A model generated the notes under the pieces. It was not told where the DNA came from and searched no databases. It was given only the letters and a program-made list of their open reading frames with translations. Source: an uncultured Alphaproteobacteria bacterium (lineage in GTDB: Bacteria > Pseudomonadota > Alphaproteobacteria > CAAHEQ01 > UBA3637). Taken from it: DNA of 64,000 nt. The position numbers and the translations under genes were made by a program. Shown here piece after piece: positions 21,452 to 30,320 of this stretch (positions are counted from its first letter, which is position 1; the number at the start of each line of letters is the position of its first letter). The stretch spans positions 5,028 to 69,027 of the forward strand of contig CALXZG010000004.1 of assembly GCA_944393195.1 (NCBI GenBank). The letters are read 5' to 3'.

Positions 21452-23371
21452 TTATCCTCCTATTTGTATATCACTGGTGACACTGACAAGTTTAAATGGT
21501 TTGGGGGTATCCCCTTGAATACGCCACAAGGGTTGAACCGGTGATCTGTTCCAACCGAGTGAGCGTACGACAATATCCGTTGTTTTGGTTTCGGGAATGC
21601 TGTCCAGTTTGTATGAGGCCAGCGGGCGGGTCATTTCTTGGTGTAAGCCGGTGCCGGTATCGATTTCCAACGATGCGGTATCGACGACACGGAAAGAGGC
21701 TTTGACAAGGCGTGCCGACGAAACGGGAGCTGCCCCGTTGCTGGCTCCGACAAGAGGCGGCAGCGGGATGACGATGTGTGTGTAGGCCAACCCGACTTCA
21801 ACCGTTGTTGCCGGATAATCCAGTGTGATTTGTCCGTTCGTCACGATTTTATCCGGTACGGTAATGTTATCCGCCGTTATTTTAACGGTGCGGCCTTCCA
21901 ACATATCCAAGCCCGAAAAGACCGTTTGCGGCGTATCGGTCGTTAAACGGACGGCACAATCGGTGTGATAGTCTTCATTCAACTGTTCCAGAAAGAACGT
22001 GTCGTCGCGGCGAATCAAAAAGTATGTTTTTGTACCGCTGACGGCAACGGATGTGAACAGGCCGTCGGTATACATACGCGTCCAACTTTGCAGGTCTTCG
22101 GAACGAAAACTTGTCAAAACGCTGATGGTGCCGTCGGCCATGATGATATACGCTTTACGATTTTGTTTGTCGTAGGCTTGATCAATCGGTGTGTTGATCA
22201 GATGACCGGCCAACAGAGATAGGTCGGTTGCCTGATACGCTTGTTCGATATCGGCAAATAAAAATTCGCGGATTTCGTGACCGTTGGCGGCCGGAAAAAT
22301 AGTGGCTCCGTCGATACCGACAGGCGGGACAAAGCGGGTATCCGTTGAACCGACCTGCGTTTGTCTTTTTAACTGAATATTGCTTGGCGTCAGGGGATCG
22401 CCGGAAACCATCCACTCGGCACTTGTCGTAAAAACCTGTAAGTGGCGGCCGGCAAACAGAGCGCAAATCGCGTTGGATTGGTCCGACAGGATGTTAAAAT
22501 CAATCCCTTCGGCATCGTATCCCGATCCTAATTCAAAATTGGAAAGGTCTCCGCTTTGACTGAACCACAGGCGATTCGGGAGTGATGCGCTCCCGCCGAA
22601 AACCAGACGGGATTGATAAAACGCGACGCAGGTCGGCCAACCGTAATCGTCGTCAAAGGCGGGTTCTCCCCAACTGCGTGTCGGTTCCAATTTTGTGCTG
22701 TCATCGCCGTCGGTAATCAATTGTTTTAAGACGGTTCCCGTGGCTTCTTTGGCACTGTTAATTGTTTCGATTTCAACGTATCCGTCCCCGATTTTAAATT
22801 GCCGCCCGATATGTTTTTCCTTAAAAACGTCGGATGAGGCGGTTAAGGTTACGGATCCGCCGAGACCGGAAGAGGCGATTGTTGTTTCATCGCTGCTGAA
22901 TTTATGGTACGGTTGTCGAATACATTTATCTTCGGTCAGGAAAACAAATGCGGACAGGGACCATCCGTCACTCGTTTTTACCAATTTTTGCGGGGCAACA
23001 TTGGGGTGTGTCAAATACAGGGCGTCGGTTCCTTGTGCCCACCGAACGGCGTTGATTTGGTCAGAGGACCAAGGGGATTTCAACGTTGTGATAAGGGTTG
23101 CATCCTGATAAATCAACAATTTTTTATCTTGTAAAATAACAAGGTAGGCATCCGATGAACTTTGTTCGTAGGCGATTAAACGACCTCCGTCGGGAATGGT
23201 TGTCAGGTATTTCAAACCGGGGCGGCGATAAATGCCGCCGGTGGGTTGAATAAATACGTTTTGAAGTGCCAAGGCGCCGTTGTTATAGGACACCAAATCG
23301 ACACGGCCGAGTAAATCATGTGACAATTCACCGGCCGTAAAATTTGTTTTGGTTGTAAACAGGTTTGTCAT
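21452..23371 (-). CDS. Large phage tail protein (tail tubular protein B/nozzle-like by position)
   Basis: 639 aa, beta-rich. ATGA overlap with the upstream gp11-like gene. Position equivalent to T7 gp12. Confidence 0.5.
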   Translation of the reverse strand: MTNLFTTKTNFTAGELSHDLLGRVDLVSYNNGALALQNVFIQPTGGIYRRPGLKYLTTIPDGGRLIAYEQSSSDAYLVILQDKKLLIYQDATLITTLKSPWSSDQINAVRWAQGTDALYLTHPNVAPQKLVKTSDGWSLSAFVFLTEDKCIRQPYHKFSSDETTIASSGLGGSVTLTASSDVFKEKHIGRQFKIGDGYVEIETINSAKEATGTVLKQLITDGDDSTKLEPTRSWGEPAFDDDYGWPTCVAFYQSRLVFGGSASLPNRLWFSQSGDLSNFELGSGYDAEGIDFNILSDQSNAICALFAGRHLQVFTTSAEWMVSGDPLTPSNIQLKRQTQVGSTDTRFVPPVGIDGATIFPAANGHEIREFLFADIEQAYQATDLSLLAGHLINTPIDQAYDKQNRKAYIIMADGTISVLTSFRSEDLQSWTRMYTDGLFTSVAVSGTKTYFLIRRDDTFFLEQLNEDYHTDCAVRLTTDTPQTVFSGLDMLEGRTVKITADNITVPDKIVTNGQITLDYPATTVEVGLAYTHIVIPLPPLVGASNGAAPVSSARLVKASFRVVDTASLEIDTGTGLHQEMTRPLASYKLDSIPETKTTDIVVRSLGWNRSPVQPLWRIQGDTPKPFKLVSVTSDIQIGG

Positions 23372-23937
23372 GAACGTACCTCAATCAAAGAGAAATCTTG
23401 AAATGCCCGGGGGATAATTTGTTGACTGTCGATTAAGCGTGCTGTTTTCAGGTCTTCTTCGGCTATTTTGCGCAAATAATCGGTTCGGGTTGTACTTTCC
23501 GTCAACGGTAGGCAGAATTCGGCGGCCAGACGGCTGATAAGGGCTTGCGTAAAAAAGGGCGGAAAGGTGGATTCATCCGGTCGGGCAATATATGTCAGGA
23601 TGACATTTTCCTGATTACAATGCAGTTGGTTTTGAAATAGGCGGTAGATAAGGCCGCTGCTCCTGACCGATGAACCGGCGGATAAAATACGGACACAGTC
23701 TTTGGGAAGAGCGTACGCGTATTGATATTCGGTGGCCGGTGTGGTTGCCAATCGGGCCAATGATACCTGTGATAATGCAAAACGCCAGGGGTATGAGGCC
23801 AACAATGCGTTAAGTGTCGGATCGTACAGTTGTTCCGCGATGTGGGCTTCGGTGGTTTCTTCCTCAAATGAAGAAATGCTGTCAGCCCCTAATTTGACTA
23901 AGGCCCGAGAACAAAGGCCGGTAGCTGTAAAAGTCAT
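23368..23937 (-). CDS. Tail tubular protein A / head-tail adaptor (T7 gp11-like)
   Basis: 189 aa. The N-terminal pattern ALVKLGADSISSFEE...LNALLASYPWRFAL parallels T7 gp11 ILASIGEPPVSTLEG...IQSRGWTFN (from memory). Correct size and position. Confidence 0.55.
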   Translation of the reverse strand: MTFTATGLCSRALVKLGADSISSFEEETTEAHIAEQLYDPTLNALLASYPWRFALSQVSLARLATTPATEYQYAYALPKDCVRILSAGSSVRSSGLIYRLFQNQLHCNQENVILTYIARPDESTFPPFFTQALISRLAAEFCLPLTESTTRTDYLRKIAEEDLKTARLIDSQQIIPRAFQDFSLIEVRS

Positions 23938-23954
23938 GTCAAATACTCCTGTTT

Positions 23955-23990
23955 AAAAAAGAAAAGAAGAGGGACGGCGAACCGTCCCCC
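23955..23990 (-). terminator. Intrinsic terminator immediately downstream of the capsid gene
   Basis: gggacgg-cgaa-ccgtccc hairpin. On the minus strand it is followed by a T-rich run (tcttcttttctttttt). Confidence 0.6.
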
Positions 23991-24013
23991 GCTAAACGCA
24001 TGATCGTCGGATA

Positions 24014-24859
24014 TTAAGCCGTCATTGCCGTGTCCAAACATTCCATTTTGACGACACCTTTATCATCGATTAAGCAAGCGCCCTGACTCATCATATTACT
24101 GACAAAGTGGGCGGCGTAATCTCCGTGCCATGAAATATCCGTTTTGATGTCTTGACCACAGGCATGGCCGACGGCTGTTTTGTGATAGATAAAGCATGTG
24201 TGTGTGGTATCCGTTTTCGGTAAGCCCGTGTGCATGATCCACACAATGCCCATCCATTTCCGGCTTTCGGAACCGGTCAACATCGGGTATGTTTCACCGA
24301 CATAATTGGCGGACGAAAATTCTTCAATGGACAACAATTGATTCCATTGCGCCGGGGAAACAAGGGCGTAGCGTTCCCCGTCATCCGGTACATCGTTGTT
24401 GTTTAACAGAGTAAAGGCTTCTAAAATACGGGATTTTGTTAACGGTTCCGTCGATTCTCCGACCGTTTGCGTGGCCGTTTTTAACGCGTCGATAATCAAT
24501 TCATCCGTTTTGCGACCGAGTGCGTAAGCCCCGGCGGCGGCCAAAGCTTTCCGTTCATCGTGGCCGGTCTTCAATTCATCCAACGAATCGACCCATTCAC
24601 CGGCGTAGTAATCGGTCAGCGAGCATTCGACCGGCACGTGCGTGACACTGGACGGTGTGATTTGTTGATTCCGCGTTTTAGTTTGTGCGGACATGGCACC
24701 GATGACTTGGAATGTCGTGGAGGCACCTTTAACGTTGTTTTTCGAGCGAACCGTATTTTTTAATTTAGACCCTTGTTGTTGATAGGCGGTATGGACATCC
24801 GCTTCAAAATGTTTCATAAAAGAAGCGCTAATCGTTGTATTTTCTGTTTCTGTAGACAT
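24014..24859 (-). CDS. Major capsid protein candidate
   Basis: 281 aa. Sits after the scaffold-like gene and is preceded by a strong RBS (aaaggaat). Followed by a terminator, as with T7 gene 10. No family motif recalled with certainty. Confidence 0.55.
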   Translation of the reverse strand: MSTETENTTISASFMKHFEADVHTAYQQQGSKLKNTVRSKNNVKGASTTFQVIGAMSAQTKTRNQQITPSSVTHVPVECSLTDYYAGEWVDSLDELKTGHDERKALAAAGAYALGRKTDELIIDALKTATQTVGESTEPLTKSRILEAFTLLNNNDVPDDGERYALVSPAQWNQLLSIEEFSSANYVGETYPMLTGSESRKWMGIVWIMHTGLPKTDTTHTCFIYHKTAVGHACGQDIKTDISWHGDYAAHFVSNMMSQGACLIDDKGVVKMECLDTAMTA

Positions 24860-25004
24860 GTATATTCCTTTCTGTCAATATGGTGATTAAGAAAAAGGGG
24901 TGGACGGTTCCAGAAATTTTCTGCCGTTATACCCCCGTTGGGAATCGATAGATTCCCAGGTGGTATCGGGTAGGCCCAAAGGGTTATCTGCCGATGGAAA
25001 GAGT

Positions 25005-25739
25005 TTAACCGTAGAGGCGTTTAAAGCCGTTTTCGATACGTTTCGTCAGTTCGGGATCCTGATATTTCCAATATTTCGGATCTTGCATAAGGCGCCGTAA
25101 AACTTCCTCGCTGTCGGGCGGGGTGGCTTCCCGACGGGAAGGCAAAACATCGGCTTCGCGGCGACCGTTCATCATACGGTATAAGGCCATAATCCCGTCT
25201 TTATGGGAGGCAAGCAGGTCGAAAACGGATTTGTCCAGATTCTTTTCTCCCCAAGCCGATATTTGACGGGCAATGGTATTGAACTGTTCCGGTCCGCCGA
25301 ATTCCTGTTCCAATGCTTGTAAATCCCGTTCGGCCTGATAATCCATGGAAAGGGATTGCAATATCGGAATGATTTTTTCGGCAGCCAGATCATAAATGCC
25401 TTGAACCTGTTCGTTGGTACAACCCAGATCGAACAACCGTTGGTTAACATCCGCATCAATTTTCATCAGGTTGTTGGGCAGGGTAATTTGGTATTCTGCC
25501 GGAGAAGCCGGGCGATCGGCTATCGGTTGAACGGATGGGCGGGTACTCATTTTCTTTTCCAGGGCCAGATACGACTTAACCAAGTCAGCCCAGTTGACAT
25601 CACCCGTTTCAGGATTGATGAATTTATCAGGAACCATATCCAAGACAGCGGCGAGATTTTGGGCAGCAGAAGTTTCATTGTCAGCCTCCGGTTGATAAGC
25701 GTTTTCGTTTTTTTGAGTCATTTGATTTTTGGGATTCAT
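25005..25739 (-). CDS. Scaffolding protein candidate
   Basis: Start set at ATG 25739 (RBS aaaggaaat upstream). Acidic, helical, 244 aa, between portal and capsid. The longer ORF to 26015 overlaps two upstream genes and is rejected. Confidence 0.5.
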   Translation of the reverse strand: MNPKNQMTQKNENAYQPEADNETSAAQNLAAVLDMVPDKFINPETGDVNWADLVKSYLALEKKMSTRPSVQPIADRPASPAEYQITLPNNLMKIDADVNQRLFDLGCTNEQVQGIYDLAAEKIIPILQSLSMDYQAERDLQALEQEFGGPEQFNTIARQISAWGEKNLDKSVFDLLASHKDGIMALYRMMNGRREADVLPSRREATPPDSEEVLRRLMQDPKYWKYQDPELTKRIENGFKRLYG

Positions 25740-25741
25740 GA

Positions 25742-25939
25742 TTATTTCCTTTCTTGTTGACCTTGTTGAATCAGGTTGAGTATTTGGTTGACCAAAGCAC
25801 GTTGGCCTTCCAAAAAGCGTAGTTCGGCATCGGTTGCGTCCGGCATCAGAACGCGTTCCATTGTTCGGTGTTTCAGCCAGGCGATAACCTCCGCTCCTTC
25901 GGGGCGGCCGAACAATCGGGCAAAGGCGGCGGGAATCAT
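25742..25939 (-). CDS. Small phage protein, unknown function
   Basis: 65 aa. ATGA overlap with the portal stop, and its own stop lies 2 nt before the scaffold start. Confidence 0.4.
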   Translation of the reverse strand: MIPAAFARLFGRPEGAEVIAWLKHRTMERVLMPDATDAELRFLEGQRALVNQILNLIQQGQQERK

Positions 25940-27426
25940 CGGCCGACTCCTTGCAAGGCGGGCAATATCGATGTGTTGAGCGGAACAGCCTCACGGATGA
26001 TATTTTCCGGTACATTGAGTTTACACCCCAGCCATTTTACAAAGCCGCCGATGTCGACATGTTGCAGGCCGGCTTCCCCCAATTTTATGATGGATGACAG
26101 CCACAAGAGGGCGTTGTTGGCGTCAATTTGCGCCTGCTTTTCCGCCCGTGTGGATTTATAGCTGACTTTTAATAATCGGCCATCTACAAAAATTTCGGGA
26201 ATTTCACCACGCTTACGCAGTAAATTGACGGCTCTTTCAATCAGAGGCATTAAAAGCTCTGTTTGCAGGCGGCCGTACGTCGCCCCCAAAATTCGCATCA
26301 TTTCATCCGATCTTTCCAGAACTTCGGTCGCCGTCATGTTGGGGGATTTAATTTCGCCCAGACGATCGCCCAACAAGGCATGTTGAATGCGTTTGCGCAA
26401 ATCTTCGATCATCAGTTGCGAAACATCAAACTTGCCGGGGGCTTCCAATGGCGTTAAGCCTTTGGATCCCATGGCTTTCGGAATGATGGCGCCCGGGGTT
26501 AGGTGAATGTTTGCCGGATTCAAAACCCCGTCATCTTCCGCCAACCAAATACCGGTAACGGCAATGGAGGCATTTTTCAGAATCAGCTCGACAACTTTAT
26601 TGGCGGTTTTAATGTCGGGCAATGCTTTCATGACGGGGGAACGGCCATAGACCTCCCCGGGTGCTTTGAGCCAGCGGAACGAAATAAACGGTGAGGTTTC
26701 GAAAAAAGCCTCTTTTAACACGCTATCCGTGCCGTTTAGGGAATCATGCTGGCTATCGGGATGCAGAAATGCCGTGTAGGTATAGCCACCTTTCGGGGCG
26801 GGAGTGACGGCTTCAATAACGGTGACGGTTTTGTCCTGTGTCGGTTTGTCTTTTTCCGGTATGGTCGCTTGCGGGAAACGGGCGCGCAAGGTATCGGTAT
26901 CCATTTGCGATTCACGGAACGTTGTATCTAAACGACCGGAAGGACCTTCCGCCAAATATACTTCGGATAACGGAATCGCCGTAAAGCGAAAGGCCGACGG
27001 GGCGCCGAGAGGGGCCTCTTCAAACAACAAACAGGCTGTTCCGGCCGTGATTAAATCCAAATAACATTGATGTACTTCCAAAGCGAAGTTGGATCGGTCA
27101 AAGTTAGTTTGCAGTGCTTCGGAAATGGTGTTGAGCGTCGGTGCGATTTGGTCGCTTTCTTCGGCAGATAAATCACTCCCGGCCGTTAATTGAAACCACC
27201 GCATCCAAGGCGGTGTCATTTCCGATAAAATCAGAGCAGCTAATTGATCGACGCTGTCCGGTGCTGTACCGTCGAACAAATGGTCAATCGGTGAATGCGT
27301 CGGGTTAAACATACTTTCCCGATGCGGCAACGCGTATTCATAGCATTCCTGCCATGGTGTTTCCCAGCCGCTACGTGCCGATTTGGCTTTTTGAAAGCGG
27401 TGGTACAGAGTTTGAATATCCGTCAT
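25936..27426 (-). CDS. Portal (head-to-tail connector) protein, T7 gp8-like
   Basis: 496 aa. The N-terminal text LYHRFQKAKSARSGWETPWQECYEYALPHRE resembles the podovirus head-tail connector family as I remember it. First gene of the structural block. Confidence 0.65.
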   Translation of the reverse strand: MTDIQTLYHRFQKAKSARSGWETPWQECYEYALPHRESMFNPTHSPIDHLFDGTAPDSVDQLAALILSEMTPPWMRWFQLTAGSDLSAEESDQIAPTLNTISEALQTNFDRSNFALEVHQCYLDLITAGTACLLFEEAPLGAPSAFRFTAIPLSEVYLAEGPSGRLDTTFRESQMDTDTLRARFPQATIPEKDKPTQDKTVTVIEAVTPAPKGGYTYTAFLHPDSQHDSLNGTDSVLKEAFFETSPFISFRWLKAPGEVYGRSPVMKALPDIKTANKVVELILKNASIAVTGIWLAEDDGVLNPANIHLTPGAIIPKAMGSKGLTPLEAPGKFDVSQLMIEDLRKRIQHALLGDRLGEIKSPNMTATEVLERSDEMMRILGATYGRLQTELLMPLIERAVNLLRKRGEIPEIFVDGRLLKVSYKSTRAEKQAQIDANNALLWLSSIIKLGEAGLQHVDIGGFVKWLGCKLNVPENIIREAVPLNTSILPALQGVGR

Positions 27427-27462
27427 GGAGTCTCCTTTAATAAAAATAAACCGAAGGCTAAC

Positions 27463-27495
27463 AACAAAAAAACAGGCCCCGTTGCAGGAGCCTGT
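27463..27495 (-). terminator. Intrinsic terminator between the two early-position genes and the portal gene
   Basis: 9-bp stem (acaggcccc/ggagcctgt, one mismatch) with a 6-nt loop. The minus-strand RNA would end in tttttttgttgtt. Confidence 0.5.
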
Positions 27496-27558
27496 CTGAC
27501 AGAAGATACACTTCCGGTTGTTAACTGAAAATCAATATAGCATACTTTTTTTGAAATG

Positions 27559-27978
27559 TCAAGGATTATTTTCCTTTTTTAGGTTTAAAAATCGAAAAAG
27601 TTGATAAGGAGTCCAAATTCCGGCCCGATTAATGCCTAAAAAACGTTTGACGGTTTCGACGCATGTATAGGGACGGAATTGGGTGTTTGTCAAAGGCGGT
27701 TGCGTGGGTGTCGTTCGGACAAGGCGATAGCCTTTTTGACGTAAAATATCCAAAACGGGTGCGTTTTTCATCATAATTAAATCCGTGAAATGAATCAGCG
27801 GATCAATCAAAAGCCATTCATGTCCATTGCCGATAATTAAGGCACAATGATAGAATCCTTTTTTTAAAAAACGCATCCACCAACGGGTTCGGGTACCGCC
27901 GAAGGCAACGTAAGCAAACGGATAGCGATAGCCGTGTGAAAGTGTTTCCTTCATTCGTTTTTCCTTTGTGTTTTTCAA
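27559..27978 (-). CDS. Hypothetical protein of the phage-like element
   Basis: 139 aa with a conserved-looking core (FYHCALIIGNGHEWLLIDP ... YTCVETVKRFLGI). No family recognised. Confidence 0.35.
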   Translation of the reverse strand: MKNTKEKRMKETLSHGYRYPFAYVAFGGTRTRWWMRFLKKGFYHCALIIGNGHEWLLIDPLIHFTDLIMMKNAPVLDILRQKGYRLVRTTPTQPPLTNTQFRPYTCVETVKRFLGINRAGIWTPYQLFRFLNLKKENNP

Positions 27979-27982
27979 ATGA

Positions 27983-28342
27983 TTAAATTAATCTGACAAT
28001 TCCTTTTTGCCGAAGAATTATGTCCAGAAACCCCATGGCTTCATGCCATAATTCGCAGATGCGGCGGCTGGCGCCGAAATGCGGATGAGGTGGGGCTTGT
28101 TCCGCCCCGTATCGTTGTAAAATACGCATATGATCAGGGTTAATTTTTCCTTTGTTTAATAATTTTTTGACAGCGATAATGATATCTGACGATTCGCAGG
28201 GGCGGGCAATATTCGAATCGCCGCCACGGGCGCGCAAATGGCCCAATTGTTCACATAAACAATACCAGAACCAAGCTTCCTCAGATGATTCAAAAGGCGT
28301 TGTTTCGCGGTTGTCCGTTTGCGTTTGGTATTTATTCCTCAT
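27983..28342 (-). CDS. Hypothetical regulator-position protein of the phage-like element
   Basis: 119 aa. Strong RBS aaaggaggagg. First gene, divergent from the repressor. INPDHMRILQRYG is vaguely sigma-region-4/HTH-like. Confidence 0.3.
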   Translation of the reverse strand: MRNKYQTQTDNRETTPFESSEEAWFWYCLCEQLGHLRARGGDSNIARPCESSDIIIAVKKLLNKGKINPDHMRILQRYGAEQAPPHPHFGASRRICELWHEAMGFLDIILRQKGIVRLI

Positions 28343-28433
28343 AACCTCCTCCTTTCGTCTATAAAATGAAGAACAAAGTAAGAACTAATCTAAAATAAAG
28401 CGTCTGTCAACTAAAAATATGAAAAAAAACCTA

Positions 28434-28462
28434 TTGACAGGATAAAAAGGATATGGTATAGA
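28434..28462 (+). promoter_or_regulatory. Sigma70-type promoter for the repressor gene
   Basis: TTGACA (28434-28439), 17-nt spacer, TATAGA (28457-28462). A reverse-strand TTGACA lies at 28404-28409, giving a divergent layout. Confidence 0.55.
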
Positions 28463-28549
28463 GATGTACAACTAAAAGGCGCATATCTATGTATGTTAGG
28501 CGGCATTCTTTTTTGTTGCGGCGGAATGTTTGAAAAGAAAGGAAAAACA

Positions 28550-29185
28550 ATGCAATTAACATATTCTGAAATTTGGACGGGGATAGAGAAGCTGGCGGAA
28601 AGTAAGGGGTTGTCGTTATCGGCTTTGGCGGTAAAAGCGGGTTTGGATCCTACCAGCTTTAACAAATCCAAACGAATCGGGGCCGACGGGCGAAAGCGGT
28701 GGCCGTCAACAGAAAGTATGAATAAAGTTTTGCAGGCAACGAACACAACTATTTTCGAATTTATGGAGTTGGCCGGTGAACCGTATCGTCCCAAAGCACA
28801 AGTTATTCCGTTGTTGGGTTTGGCTCAGGCCGGTCGGGACGGCTATTTTGACAGCGATGGGTATCCGTTGGGGACCGAAGCGTGGGACGGTATTGAATTT
28901 CCTTTTTCTTTAAATATGCCTGTGTATGCTTTGGAGGTGTCGGGAAACAGTATGGAACCGGCCTATCGGGACGGGGATAAATTGGTCGTTTCTCCGGATT
29001 CGGAAATTCGCAAAGGGGATCGGGTGGTTGTTAAGTTATGTTCCGGGGAAGTTATGGTGAAAGAGTTGCAATATCAATCTGCCCGACAATTGGAGTTAAA
29101 ATCGTTAAATCCGTTACATGCGGATATTTCGTTACAACGGTCGGAAGTGGTTTGGATGGCGCGTGTGATTTGGGTCAGTCAATAG
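28550..29185 (+). CDS. CI/LexA-type repressor: N-terminal HTH plus C-terminal S24 peptidase domain
   Basis: Start at ATG 28550 (RBS aaaggaaaaa). HTH-like LSLSALAVKAGLDPTSFNKSKR. S24 motifs VSGNSMEPAYRDGDKLVV and VVKL. Confidence 0.8.
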   Translation: MQLTYSEIWTGIEKLAESKGLSLSALAVKAGLDPTSFNKSKRIGADGRKRWPSTESMNKVLQATNTTIFEFMELAGEPYRPKAQVIPLLGLAQAGRDGYFDSDGYPLGTEAWDGIEFPFSLNMPVYALEVSGNSMEPAYRDGDKLVVSPDSEIRKGDRVVVKLCSGEVMVKELQYQSARQLELKSLNPLHADISLQRSEVVWMARVIWVSQ

Positions 29186-29201
29186 TTGGGGTTGAAAGCA
29201 G

Positions 29202-30320
29202 ATGAAAAAACGCATATGGTTCGGTGTGGGGGCAATATTCGTCCTTGTATTGATTGTTGGTTTAGGCTTTGTTTTTATGCGACGGCCGATGATATCGGTT
29301 GTCATGGCGACATATAATCGGGCGGATACTTTTTTGCCGCGGGCGATTGAATCAATCCTATCCCAGACGTATGATGATTTTGAATTTATCATTATTAATG
29401 ACGGGTCAACGGATGGGACCGCCGATGTTTTGGCCGATTATGCCGCCCGGGATGACCGTATCAAGATAATCACAAATTCCCCGAATCAGGGATTAATTGC
29501 CAGTTTGAACAAAGGGTTGGCTGCGGCTCGGGGAAAATATATTGCCCGAATGGATGACGATGATGAATCCTATCCGAATCGTTTTGAACGGCAAGTTGCC
29601 TATTTGGAGGCGCATCCCGACATCACGGTGGCGGGAGCGTGGGTTAGTCCGCCGGGACGTTCGCGGCCGTATTCTTTTCAACGTGAAACGGATCCCGAAC
29701 GGGTCAAAATTCAATTATATTTGGGAATAGCGCCGGTTTGTCATCCGGTATTGATGATGCGGCGTGATTTTTTACGGCAGCATGATATTTGGTATCGGGA
29801 TGATTATCCGGCCGCCGAAGATCGGCCGTTTTACGGGGATATTTTAAATGCCGGCGGTGCCATTGCCAATATTCCGGAGGTTTTATTGTATTATCGATTG
29901 CATGGAAGTAATAATCGTCAATATTATTCCAATCAGACGAAAAATGTCCGGCGTTTTCATGCCGCGTTTATCAATCGCTTTTTCCCCTTTTCCATTGACG
30001 ATACTTTTCGTAAGTGCGATTTATTGCCGCGTATGATTGAAGCAAATAAAGTCAAAGGCATTGTCGATCAGCAAAAACTATCGGATATGTACTTTGAATT
30101 ATGCGGGTTGCCGGCGGAACGACAGATACAATTGAGCCATCCTTTTTGGCAGGATATCGTTGCGGTGAATAACGGGCGGGTTCGTCGGTCGGCTCAGAAA
30201 GGGGAGTTTGGTCATATCATTCGGGAAACGGAAGATGTGCTGACAATTAAATGGGATAATTGGGGGAATGAAACATTTGTTCGGAATGGTGACGGCGTGT
30301 ATGTATTGCAGGGGGAATAG
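29202..30320 (+). CDS. Family 2 glycosyltransferase with N-terminal TM and extra C-terminal domain
   Basis: ISVVMATYNRADTF...IIINDGSTDGT...ARMDDDDES (GT2 DxD region). Confidence 0.8.
   Translation: MKKRIWFGVGAIFVLVLIVGLGFVFMRRPMISVVMATYNRADTFLPRAIESILSQTYDDFEFIIINDGSTDGTADVLADYAARDDRIKIITNSPNQGLIASLNKGLAAARGKYIARMDDDDESYPNRFERQVAYLEAHPDITVAGAWVSPPGRSRPYSFQRETDPERVKIQLYLGIAPVCHPVLMMRRDFLRQHDIWYRDDYPAAEDRPFYGDILNAGGAIANIPEVLLYYRLHGSNNRQYYSNQTKNVRRFHAAFINRFFPFSIDDTFRKCDLLPRMIEANKVKGIVDQQKLSDMYFELCGLPAERQIQLSHPFWQDIVAVNNGRVRRSAQKGEFGHIIRETEDVLTIKWDNWGNETFVRNGDGVYVLQGE

Larger units (their letters stand above)
18335..28342 (-). mobile_element. Compact T7-like phage structural/packaging/lysis cassette (defective prophage or GTA-like element), 14 co-directional genes
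   Basis: Contiguous minus-strand genes for portal, scaffold, capsid, gp11-like and gp12-like tail proteins, TerL, endolysin and holin-like proteins, with overlapping or near-abutting stops and starts. No integrase, replication, tail-fibre or large internal-core genes. Confidence 0.75.

Noticed and set aside
25740-26015. N-terminal 92 aa extension of the scaffold ORF (track start 26015).
   Set aside because: The extension overlaps the portal 3' end and the whole 65 aa gene and is Arg/Pro/Cys-rich nonsense-like text. ATG 25739 has a proper RBS and abuts the upstream stop.
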